From assembly GCA_030626645.1 (NCBI GenBank), contig DAOUTP010000001.1, forward strand, positions 4,719 to 68,718: a stretch of DNA of 64,000 nucleotides, in the 5' to 3' direction. The notes beneath the pieces are model-generated. The model was not told the DNA's origin, did no database searches, and saw only the letters and a list, made by a program, of their open reading frames with translations. Source of the DNA: Candidatus Cloacimonadota bacterium (GTDB taxonomy: Bacteria; Cloacimonadota; Cloacimonadia; Cloacimonadales; TCS61). This document shows positions 31,620 through 39,158 of the stretch, piece by piece. Each line of letters begins with the position of its first letter. The stretch's first letter is position 1. The position numbers and the translations under genes were made by a program.

Positions 31620-31706
31620 TTAAATTTATGGTTTTTTTATATTTGTTTTTTCAATAGAAAAATAGACTAAAAAAAGATCGATGAGCTGACGGACTAAGAT
31701 GAGTAA
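31620..31706 (-). promoter_or_regulatory. conserved upstream element, copy E2
   Basis: Minus-sense ACTCATCTTAGTCCGTCAGCTCATCGATCTTTTTTTAGTCTATTTTTCTATTGAAAAAACAAATATAAAAAAACCATAAATTTAA, near-identical to E3. Confidence 0.6.
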
Positions 31707-31710
31707 AATA

Positions 31711-32316
31711 CTATTTATTAGCATAAGCCTCTGGTGAAATACCTAAACTCTCCGAAGTATAAAAAGAATACAAATCCCTATTAAGAAGTTTATCCTCATC
31801 AGTAGAAAGTAACTCAATACGCAAATCCTTTAACTCCAACCGAAGATTTTTAATGTTATCAATAATAGTCTTAGTGTTCTCATCCTCCTCATTATCATCC
31901 ATTAACTTTAAAGTCTGCTTCCGCAAACTCTCCGAAAACCCAACAAAAGCAGTAAAAACCTCATTCGCCTGTATCGAACAAAACCGAACAATCATCGCAT
32001 TAACTTCTAAATTCAACCCCCTCACTACATCTTCATACTCCAACGAATACCGACCATCATCTAATACCCAATAACTAAGAGAAGCAGACATAATCCGTTT
32101 CTCTATTACGTCCCGAATATCTAACAATGGAGACCTGCGATCAAAAGCATAAAGTATGTAACGTATAATACAGTTCCTATTCATAGAAGGCAAAGAAGCC
32201 TTGAATTCAGAATACTTCCCCAATTCCTTGAACTTACTTAATAGATTCGTGTTCTCCGATAAAAGAAATGGATTGAACAACATTTTATTGAAATCCGAAG
32301 ATTTATAGTTTTCCAT
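31711..32316 (-). CDS. hypothetical protein (small-terminase candidate by position only)
   Basis: 201-aa ORF upstream of the packaging gene. No motif recognised. Confidence 0.6.
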   Translation of the reverse strand: MENYKSSDFNKMLFNPFLLSENTNLLSKFKELGKYSEFKASLPSMNRNCIIRYILYAFDRRSPLLDIRDVIEKRIMSASLSYWVLDDGRYSLEYEDVVRGLNLEVNAMIVRFCSIQANEVFTAFVGFSESLRKQTLKLMDDNEEDENTKTIIDNIKNLRLELKDLRIELLSTDEDKLLNRDLYSFYTSESLGISPEAYANK

Positions 32317-32689
32317 TTGCTTTTTTTAATAAAAAATCTGCATGACAAACTTTATCTAATGAACACCAACACATTAAGTTTTTTCCTTTGAGTTTAGAAA
32401 TATCTAAACCTATAACATTGCCGGGATTTATCTTATATTTTTCATAATACATTTCATACATTTTAACAGCATGTTCAGGAGTTTCTATCAATAATCCATC
32501 AGTTTCTATGAAATTCACTATTTCTTCTACTGTTTTTAGATACCTAATCCAAAACAATAATGTAGAATTCTTGTAATAGTTCCCAACTCTGAACGGATTT
32601 CCCCATTTTGACCCCCTTCCAACGTAAATTGTGTTGTCCGGTTTTTTCCATCCCTTTTTTCTTTCTCTTTTTATCCTTTTTGGTATCAT
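32303..32689 (-). CDS. DUF4326 domain protein
   Basis: TIYVGRGSKWGNPF...LKGKNLMCWCSLDKVCHADFL matches the DUF4326 pattern (GR...WGNPF...L.CWC....CH.dvL). Confidence 0.7.
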   Translation of the reverse strand: MIPKRIKRERKKGWKKPDNTIYVGRGSKWGNPFRVGNYYKNSTLLFWIRYLKTVEEIVNFIETDGLLIETPEHAVKMYEMYYEKYKINPGNVIGLDISKLKGKNLMCWCSLDKVCHADFLLKKANGKL

Positions 32690-32770
32690 TTTACATCATA
32701 TTAAGATTTTTTTATATATACCCATATCAGTTGGTTAGTCTCACTTCCCCACGGGGTAGAGACAACTTTT

Positions 32771-33067
32771 TTAGGTTGTAAATTTTAAATTTAATTTATC
32801 ATGGAGATTATGACATTTTCTTCCAAAAATCTGGAAATTTTCCAAATCCCAAGCCAATTCTGATTTTCCTTGCTTTTGACATTCATCTACGGAAATAATA
32901 TGAGAACAATCAATCGGTATATCTGTGTTTAAATGACATTTTTCACAAACATTGTAACCGATTTCATCTCTTTGCTGAGAAAGTTTTTTGGCTTTAGCCA
33001 TTCTCACATTACGATCTATGATTGATTTTTTGATGTAAAAACCATCTGAACATTTGTAGGAATTCAT
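32771..33067 (-). CDS. HNH-type endonuclease (small)
   Basis: CEKCH...DCSHIISV...N...GRKCHNLHD gives Cys pairs plus an H/N/H arrangement. Confidence 0.5.
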   Translation of the reverse strand: MNSYKCSDGFYIKKSIIDRNVRMAKAKKLSQQRDEIGYNVCEKCHLNTDIPIDCSHIISVDECQKQGKSELAWDLENFQIFGRKCHNLHDKLNLKFTT

Positions 33068-33753
33068 TTTCTTCTTTTTAATCTTGCTAAGATATATCTT
33101 CTTTGTACTATAAAAGTGTTAATGTTAAGTGTTTTATGTAAATCATCCTCAATTCTAAGAATGTGATCAGGTTTATAGAAAATCAAATCTCCATGTGATA
33201 TGTCAATTGCATCTATTTCTTCTGTCCTGTATTCCTGATTAATTGAACCCACAGTCCTGACAATAGCTGATTTATCAGAAAATTTTGATTCTACCTTAAG
33301 GGTACCGGAATAACAGTCTTTCACCCTTTCTACAATAACATATCCATTCAATGGGATTTCCTTTCTATCCCTGATGACAATATATAAATCTTCATATTTG
33401 ATAAATATGTATAATTTATCATCCTGATCGATCCATAATGGGTCGCAGTATTCTTGTCCGGGATCAGCCCTCGTTCCCAATGCCATCAGAGCTGCATGAT
33501 AACTAAAATACACTTTATCGCCTGATTTCACCTCTATTTTTGTTTTCCAATCCATTCCTGAAGAATCTTTTTTGTCATAATGTAACCGGACAGGAGGTGC
33601 TATAATTTCACCTGAAACAGCTACATGTTGTTCAGGGTTGTAGGTGGTATCTAATTGAAGTTTAGTACCATTTTTTAACAATATTGTATCACAATCTTTA
33701 CTGATTTTTACCAATACACGATTGATTCCTGGTTTAATTTTGTTTATTTCCAT
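33064..33753 (-). CDS. hypothetical protein, N-terminus GroES-like (tentative)
   Basis: Track ORF 33064..33789. The start is probably ATG 33753 (MEINKIKPGINRVLVKISK...), directly behind a TATATTTG box. I.P...RVLVK and GDKVYF recall the Cpn10 fold; this is weak. Confidence 0.6.
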   Translation of the reverse strand: MEINKIKPGINRVLVKISKDCDTILLKNGTKLQLDTTYNPEQHVAVSGEIIAPPVRLHYDKKDSSGMDWKTKIEVKSGDKVYFSYHAALMALGTRADPGQEYCDPLWIDQDDKLYIFIKYEDLYIVIRDRKEIPLNGYVIVERVKDCYSGTLKVESKFSDKSAIVRTVGSINQEYRTEEIDAIDISHGDLIFYKPDHILRIEDDLHKTLNINTFIVQRRYILARLKRRK

Positions 33754-33831
33754 GTTGCAAATATATAAAAGTTTTTTATTATGCAACATTTTTGTAAAAA
33801 TAATTATATCTTTGCAACATGGAAATAAACA
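33741..33831. repeat. 27-bp inverted duplication of -7 box + ATG + first 4 codons
   Basis: 33741-33767 (reverse complement TATATATTTGCAACATGGAAATAAACA) versus 33805-33831 (TATATCTTTGCAACATGGAAATAAACA). One mismatch, 37-bp spacer. Confidence 0.85.
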
Positions 33832-33861
33832 TAAACACGTACGGATTCACTTAGTAGTATA

Positions 33862-33923
33862 GGTGGGGGGCGTAATTCGTGCGACAGAATCGAATTTTGC
33901 GAACCCTACCCCCTTCTTTTTTT
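33862..33923 (+). terminator. GC-rich compound hairpin + T-run (3' end of a short plus-strand transcript)
   Basis: GGTGGGG (33862-68) pairs with CCCTACC (33904-10). An inner hairpin AATTCG-11nt-CGAATT follows, then CCCTTCTTTTTTT. Confidence 0.45.
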
Positions 33924-34132
33924 CATTTTGAAATCATAAGATCATTAAAATACAATGAAACCGGTTTTTCTAAAAAAACAAAATAAAGAACATAAAAGCA
34001 ATGAAATGAAGCAATATTATCCTTGTTGGATAATTCAGGGGGTTGAATGTAAGCCGGTTAAGTGATGAAAATAGAATTAAGGGCCTTAAACCAGTATTTT
34101 TGACAAAATGACAGACATATAAGGAACCTAAA

Positions 34133-34251
34133 ATGTAATTACAATGTGATTACATTTATACGTATTAATTATATAAATTTATACGTATAAATGTAACATT
34201 TGTTACATTTTCGCACATTTTATACGTACTAACTGTATAATTTTATACGTA
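34133..34251. promoter_or_regulatory. operator/iteron cluster
   Basis: Four TTATACGTA boxes (34156-64, 34179-87, 34220-28, 34243-51, paired at 23-bp spacing). Also the palindromes ATGTAAT-N9-ATTACAT (34133-57) and AAATGTAACA-TT-TGTTACATTT (34189-34210). Confidence 0.6.
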
Positions 34252-34263
34252 CACATTGATTAA

Positions 34264-34524
34264 ATGAGTAGATACAATATAGCTTCTAAAACCACAATGG
34301 CCAACGTAACAATGTTAAAGGAAATTGACAAAATTACAAAAGAACAAGGCAAAATAAGCACGACAGGCGACATATTAAGCAAATCCCTACACTTACATAT
34401 CAGAACGGTAGAAGAGACCTTAAACTCTCTTAGAATCGATTTGAATATCATTAAACTAAAACATGGACAATACAAATTAACACAAAAAGGGTATTGTATC
34501 CTACAATTCCTTAACAATCAATAA
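34264..34524 (+). CDS. putative transcriptional regulator
   Basis: 86-aa first gene behind the operator cluster. GDILSKSLHLHIRTVEETLNSL is a possible (w)HTH. Followed by the hairpin AACTCTT-N8-AAGAGTT. Confidence 0.5.
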   Translation: MSRYNIASKTTMANVTMLKEIDKITKEQGKISTTGDILSKSLHLHIRTVEETLNSLRIDLNIIKLKHGQYKLTQKGYCILQFLNNQ

Positions 34525-34827
34525 TATATCAATATTATTGCAATTTCTCTATTATTTTACAATTATTTTCTTATTCATTAACTCTTTATAATTCAAGAGT
34601 TTATATATTTCATTAAATTCCTTACGGTTTAATAGTCAATCCTTTGTGTCATTTATATTCATATTTATTTGAAATAATTACATGACGTTTTATACACAAA
34701 TATTTAATAGATATTTGATGTTAAAATCTACATCTATTATCATTTTGTATATATTTAATTGATTTACTTTGTTTTATATTTTTTAATAAATATGTCATTT
34801 TTCTTGATTTTGCTATATTAATAGTTG

Positions 34828-34835
34828 TATATTTG
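34828..34835 (+). promoter_or_regulatory. -7 box TATATTTG
   Basis: Exact TAnnTTTG, 33 nt upstream of ATG 34869. Confidence 0.5.
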
Positions 34836-34868
34836 CATCATATTAATTAACACAAAAAAATAGAAATT

Positions 34869-35099
34869 ATGGAAATTTTAACAATTGAAAAAATAAATCA
34901 AAACCTTTATAATGTTAGTTCTAAATATTGTGATTATAAAATCACAATTGATGGTATCAAAGGATTGGCAGTATATAGAATGATTAATGATTTGGGTATT
35001 TTAGAAAAAGTATGGAAAAAGCCCTTACTAATTAATGCCATTAATTTTATTCTAAAAGATATTGTTTGGATTGCTGAAGGGGCACAAAAATTAAGGTAA
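34869..35099 (+). CDS. hypothetical protein
   Basis: 76-aa ORF behind the promoter box. Confidence 0.55.
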   Translation: MEILTIEKINQNLYNVSSKYCDYKITIDGIKGLAVYRMINDLGILEKVWKKPLLINAINFILKDIVWIAEGAQKLR

Positions 35100-35185
35100 T
35101 TGATTCAACCCGAGCCGGGGCGGATCCCTGGCAACCTTTAAAAATTAAACGGCAATAATGCCAAAAATAAATAAAAAATAAAGTT

Positions 35186-35410
35186 ATGAAAAAAATAACA
35201 TTAAAAGAAGTCTTTGAAAGTGATAATTGGATGATTACAAAAATAATACAGGGATACTCTAAGAGTAATAGAGTAGATGCAAAAAGGCGATTTCCAATTG
35301 CTGATAAAAATAATTTTTTTTCAGAGTGGGGAAAAAAAAATTATCTCAATAAATTAGCACAAGAAAATTACGGAAAAAAAATAAATGAATTTAGTTGTTA
35401 TTATTTTTAA
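35186..35410 (+). CDS. hypothetical protein
   Basis: 74-aa ORF, co-oriented. Confidence 0.5.
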   Translation: MKKITLKEVFESDNWMITKIIQGYSKSNRVDAKRRFPIADKNNFFSEWGKKNYLNKLAQENYGKKINEFSCYYF

Positions 35411-35431
35411 AAACCTAAAATATTAGAAATT

Positions 35432-35989
35432 ATGAATAACACACAACTAATTAATTTAACCCGGGATTTATTTAATGTCAGCATTAAAATATATCTTCAA
35501 ACAGTCCCCGGCAAATGGTATGAATCAAAGTATGAATTAAACACAGAACCGATTGAATTAGATTCAATTTACGGTGTCGTTGTTGATAATTCAGGCTCGA
35601 TTGATTTTGATTTTCGCACCGGAAAGCGTGAAGACAATATTTTAAAATCATTTATTAATCAATTTATAGTTAAATATGAGTGCAAACAAATGAAAATAAT
35701 TGATGGCGAATTTTGCAAACAAACCAAAAAAGAAGTTATTGCTAAACTTAAAAACTCTGACAGGGTGTCAAAATATTTATTTTATACCACTTTGTATGGT
35801 ATTGGTTATTTTTGTATTTTTATGGGTCAAAAGAATTTCAACAATACCAATAATATTTTGGCAAAGTATCTTCAATCAAAAAACATTCCTTTTACAAATG
35901 AATTTTCTGAAGCTAATTGGGTTTACAGGTTTGTCATTAATCAGGATGTTAAAACACATAATAAACTTTTGCAAAATTTAGAAATATAA
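35432..35989 (+). CDS. hypothetical protein
   Basis: 185-aa ORF. The overlapping 35700..35981 frame was judged spurious. Confidence 0.65.
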   Translation: MNNTQLINLTRDLFNVSIKIYLQTVPGKWYESKYELNTEPIELDSIYGVVVDNSGSIDFDFRTGKREDNILKSFINQFIVKYECKQMKIIDGEFCKQTKKEVIAKLKNSDRVSKYLFYTTLYGIGYFCIFMGQKNFNNTNNILAKYLQSKNIPFTNEFSEANWVYRFVINQDVKTHNKLLQNLEI

Positions 35990-35995
35990 ACCATC

Positions 35996-36066
35996 CGGCT
36001 GCCTCCTGGGAGTGTTACCTGAATAAACATCAGGTAAAATTAAGGTTCGACACCTTTTGCAGCCGC
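35996..36066 (+). other. GC-rich nested-hairpin element with tRNA-like T arm
   Basis: Outer stem CGGCTGC/GCAGCCG (7 bp); TTACCTGA-ATAAACA-TCAGGTAA (8 bp); AAGG-TTCGACA-CCTT (T-loop-like). The D arm is vestigial, so this is not a canonical tRNA. Confidence 0.35.
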
Positions 36067-36102
36067 ACCGGCAATAAAGCCCAAAACTTAAAACAAGAAC
36101 CA

Positions 36103-36213
36103 ATGAAAAAATATTATGTTTACATCCGCCCCGGACAAATTGAATATTTTGACAATTTAGAAGAAGCTCAGGGATGTGCCGTTTATTATGATAGTATAGT
36201 AATAGAATGTTAA
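36103..36213 (+). CDS. possible 36-aa protein
   Basis: Own reading: MKKYYVYIRPGQIEYFDNLEEAQGCAVYYDSIVIEC. Below the track cut-off. Confidence 0.35.
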   Translation: MKKYYVYIRPGQIEYFDNLEEAQGCAVYYDSIVIEC

Positions 36214-36286
36214 TTCTTATTTGAGTTTTGTTCTTAGTCTATCTATTCTATCCTGGAAGTAGTTTAATTTTTAGTTTTATTATTCT

Positions 36287-36372
36287 ACTCATCTTAGTCC
36301 GTCAGCTCATCGATCTTTTTTTAGTGTATTTTTCTACTGAAAAAACAAATATAAAAAAACCATAAATTTAAC
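36287..36372 (+). promoter_or_regulatory. conserved upstream element, copy E3
   Basis: ACTCATCTTAGTCCGTCAGCTCATCGATCTTTTTTTAGTGTATTTTTCTACTGAAAAAACAAATATAAAAAAACCATAAATTTAAC, 33 nt before ATG 36405. Confidence 0.6.
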
Positions 36373-36404
36373 TTATTAAATATCAACCTTTAAAAACAAA
36401 TAAA

Positions 36405-36737
36405 ATGAGAACAAACAGTAAAGAAGTAAGAAAAAGAATCAGACAACATATTTTAGATTGTGTGTATAATTACGATGAAAACAAATTCAAAACATTTGAT
36501 GAAGCTAAAGCACATCTGGGTTTTGAATTTAATCGAGTGGCAAATTATGAAAATAATATCCAAAGAATTCCGAATAATCAGGATCGGTTTTCTGATTATC
36601 TATTAGGATTACCTTTTTATTTTGAATATACATATGTTGGAATTGAAAACTATTTAAACAGTTTAGGTGTCAAATCTTCTTCAGACGATAAAAATATTAA
36701 ATTATATCATTATTTGATATTCCGGGAAGTATTTTAA
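36405..36737 (+). CDS. hypothetical protein
   Basis: 110-aa ORF behind E3. Confidence 0.65.
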   Translation: MRTNSKEVRKRIRQHILDCVYNYDENKFKTFDEAKAHLGFEFNRVANYENNIQRIPNNQDRFSDYLLGLPFYFEYTYVGIENYLNSLGVKSSSDDKNIKLYHYLIFREVF

Positions 36738-36761
36738 TATAAACCTTAAAAATAAAACATT

Positions 36762-37295
36762 ATGAAAACATTAGCAAAGTACATAGATGATTATAGTAAA
36801 AAATATAGTTGCTATTTGAATCTTAAAGCCATTCAGGACAGGAAAATTGAAAGGAATGAGCAAATTATTAAAACTGCTGAGCGAAGCATTGAACGGGCTA
36901 AAAAATCAAAAAATAATATCTATCATCCCCGATGGATAAAAATATTAGAAAATATAGCTAAAGAAATGTTACAGTATTTTCCGGAAGGCTATACCTCTGA
37001 AATACTGGGACCGTTTGGGATAGGATCAAAAACTTCTATTTGGATTAAAAATCCTGATTGGAATATCAATAATGATATAAAATATAAGGCTCCTCAATTG
37101 TATAGTTTTGAAGTAAGCCCGGATTTAACAAATAATACCTTTTACAAGGTGGATAATGACATAAATACAGGAGAATATGCAAAAGGAACAATCGGAGAAG
37201 TAAACGGCTTGAATCATCCTGAAATTGCTATTGTAAACACTACAACTATTAAAGAATTAATTGAAATGTATTATCCTAATTATTTCAAGAAATGA
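36762..37295 (+). CDS. hypothetical protein
   Basis: 177-aa ORF. Confidence 0.65.
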   Translation: MKTLAKYIDDYSKKYSCYLNLKAIQDRKIERNEQIIKTAERSIERAKKSKNNIYHPRWIKILENIAKEMLQYFPEGYTSEILGPFGIGSKTSIWIKNPDWNINNDIKYKAPQLYSFEVSPDLTNNTFYKVDNDINTGEYAKGTIGEVNGLNHPEIAIVNTTTIKELIEMYYPNYFKK

Positions 37296-37396
37296 AAACA
37301 TAAAATAGTTTTGTTTTTGTAGTGAAGAATCTTAACTCACTATCTGAAATACAAATACATAAAAATAATTAAATATAAACAAAGCACTATAAAAAA

Positions 37397-37699
37397 ATGA
37401 AAAAACTTGAAAACATTGAAAAATTAGTTATTGGTAATTGGTACGAGCCTGTTAAGGTTTTATCTAATTACAAAAGTGTTGTAAAGGTTGAATATCTTGA
37501 AAGCAGCTCATCTGCTGGCGATTGGTCAGGGTATTTTATCCAAAAAATAGGAAATAAATATTATTTTATTCTTTTTAATCAGGAAAATAATTATCCTGAT
37601 CTTTCTTTTACTCTTGCTACTGGTAATGTTAAAGCAGTAGCTAACAATCTAAATAATGAAGATGCTATTGTACAACAAATTGTTGATGAGTGTTATTAG
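37397..37699 (+). CDS. hypothetical protein
   Basis: 100-aa ORF. Confidence 0.6.
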   Translation: MKKLENIEKLVIGNWYEPVKVLSNYKSVVKVEYLESSSSAGDWSGYFIQKIGNKYYFILFNQENNYPDLSFTLATGNVKAVANNLNNEDAIVQQIVDECY

Positions 37700-37705
37700 T
37701 ATTTT

Positions 37706-37800
37706 ACTCATCTTAGTCCGTCGGGTCCTTAATCTTTTTTTAGTGTATTTTTCCGTTGGAAAATTAAAGATATGAAAATCATAGAATTAACTTATTAAAT
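37706..37800 (+). promoter_or_regulatory. conserved upstream element, copy E4 (diverged)
   Basis: ACTCATCTTAGTCCGTCGGGTCCTTAATCTTTTTTTAGTGTATTTTTCC...AATTAACTTATTAAAT, ending at ATG 37801. Confidence 0.55.
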
Positions 37801-38103
37801 ATGAAAAAACAAACAAAACAACAAAAAATAGAAATTGAGCAGAATACTGATTTTATAGATCATCCGGAAAAAACCAAAAAGCGTAAAAGTAGCAAATTTA
37901 GTTACAATAAAGCAGGAGGTTCTTTTGTTCCTACAGAAGCTCAATATGACTTCTGTATGCGTCTAAATAAATCAGGCTTAACAAAAGAACAACATCAGGC
38001 CATTAACAAAGTAATTTTCGGTTATAGATGTCGTGAAGATGTTCATCATGATTATATTCATACACTTAATGAATTAATTAGGAAAAATGAGAATACAAAT
38101 TGA
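37801..38103 (+). CDS. hypothetical basic protein
   Basis: 100-aa ORF behind E4. Confidence 0.6.
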   Translation: MKKQTKQQKIEIEQNTDFIDHPEKTKKRKSSKFSYNKAGGSFVPTEAQYDFCMRLNKSGLTKEQHQAINKVIFGYRCREDVHHDYIHTLNELIRKNENTN

Positions 38104-38233
38104 TCAAAAAGAAAAACAGATTAAATTCTGGCGTAAAAAACTTGAAAAATGTTTGGCAAAACACAATATTCCAAATTGTTATAATTGCCAAAATAAAAAT
38201 AATTGTAATATTAACTTTAAACTTAAAAGATGA
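38087..38233 (+). CDS. possible 48-aa Cys-containing protein
   Basis: Own reading: MRIQIDQKEKQIKFWRKKLEKCLAKHNIPNCYNCQNKNNCNINFKLKR. Its stop overlaps the next ATG (ATGA). Confidence 0.4.
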   Translation: MRIQIDQKEKQIKFWRKKLEKCLAKHNIPNCYNCQNKNNCNINFKLKR

Positions 38234-38424
38234 AAACAAACAAAGCAATGTACGAAGAACAACTTAATGAAAAAGGTAAGTTCTTCGAGAAAGAAAAATT
38301 TGTAATTGCCGGCAAATTTAGGGAGTATTACTACCCTAATCAATACGGTAAAGCTCTAAGATTGTATGATTACACATCTTACATAGTAGGATGGCATAAA
38401 TGGTACTGGTTATGGAAACGATAA
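38230..38424 (+). CDS. hypothetical protein
   Basis: 64-aa ORF. Confidence 0.5.
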   Translation: MKTNKAMYEEQLNEKGKFFEKEKFVIAGKFREYYYPNQYGKALRLYDYTSYIVGWHKWYWLWKR

Positions 38425-38672
38425 TAACAATTATTGGTATTATATTTATTGCTATTGTTCTTACTATTTTTGTTCTTAACCAACATCAAAAGAAATTTAA
38501 AAAGGACGTTAAAGCAGGAATAGTAAGACAATGTTCTTTCTTTATTGGTGAAGAAAGATGTCATGGTAAGGTGATGAACTACTTCCCGGAAACAGACAAA
38601 GTATCTATTACTTACTTTGATGGTGAAGGAACTAAAGTATGTACACGATTTTTAAATCAAATATATTTTTAA
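38400..38672 (+). CDS. small membrane protein
   Basis: 90 aa with an N-terminal TM-like stretch IITIIGIIFIAIVLTIFVL. Confidence 0.55.
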   Translation: MVLVMETIITIIGIIFIAIVLTIFVLNQHQKKFKKDVKAGIVRQCSFFIGEERCHGKVMNYFPETDKVSITYFDGEGTKVCTRFLNQIYF

Positions 38673-38740
38673 CGTAAAAAGGATACTACATTAGTATATG
38701 ATCTATAAAAAAATAGATCATATACAGTGTTATGCCCCAT

Positions 38741-38932
38741 TTAAGACCGCAAAGAGCGGATGGGCGATAATTTAACTATCCTGTACCCATTTATTGTAAT
38801 GTCCGTTTTTTTTAGGCGGCTAAATTGATATTCTAAAATATGCTTCTTAACTCCGATAAGTTTAGCAAGCGGAGGAACACTCCCGTATATGCCGGGAGTG
38901 TCAGTTTCTATGTGTCGTGTCCAAAATTCCAT
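38741..38932 (-). CDS. small DNA-binding-like protein (possible homing-endonuclease C-terminal remnant)
   Basis: 63 aa. IYGSVPPLAKLIGVKKHILEYQFSRLKK...INGYRI resembles the HTH/NUMOD-type tails of GIY-YIG/HNH homing enzymes. Weak. Confidence 0.4.
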   Translation of the reverse strand: MEFWTRHIETDTPGIYGSVPPLAKLIGVKKHILEYQFSRLKKTDITINGYRIVKLSPIRSLRS

Positions 38933-38933
38933 C

Positions 38934-39158
38934 TTATTTATTTCTTAATACTTTGCAGTTATCATATCCGTAATGTGATGCTACTGCATAATCAGATTCT
39001 TCAATGCCATATTCAAAAGCCTTTTCTTCTTCTAAATCGCAATTTTCTAAAAAGAAATCCATTATTTCTTCCTCAGTTGGGTATTCTTCGTTATTATCAT
39101 TCCACAATACATAAAAACTCTCGTTGTAATCTTCTAAGTTTAATTTTAAATTTGACAT
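38934..39158 (-). CDS. small acidic protein
   Basis: 74 aa, strongly acidic (EEYPTEEEIMDFFLENCDLEEE), upstream of 38741..38932 in the same unit. Confidence 0.5.
   Translation of the reverse strand: MSNLKLNLEDYNESFYVLWNDNNEEYPTEEEIMDFFLENCDLEEEKAFEYGIEESDYAVASHYGYDNCKVLRNK

Noticed and set aside
35101-35140. GC-rich patch CCGGGGCGGATCCCTGG after ORF 34869..35099, considered as a tRNA fragment or terminator.
   Set aside because: It is only a 6-bp stem with one wobble, with no T-run and no tRNA-like arms. The evidence is insufficient to call.
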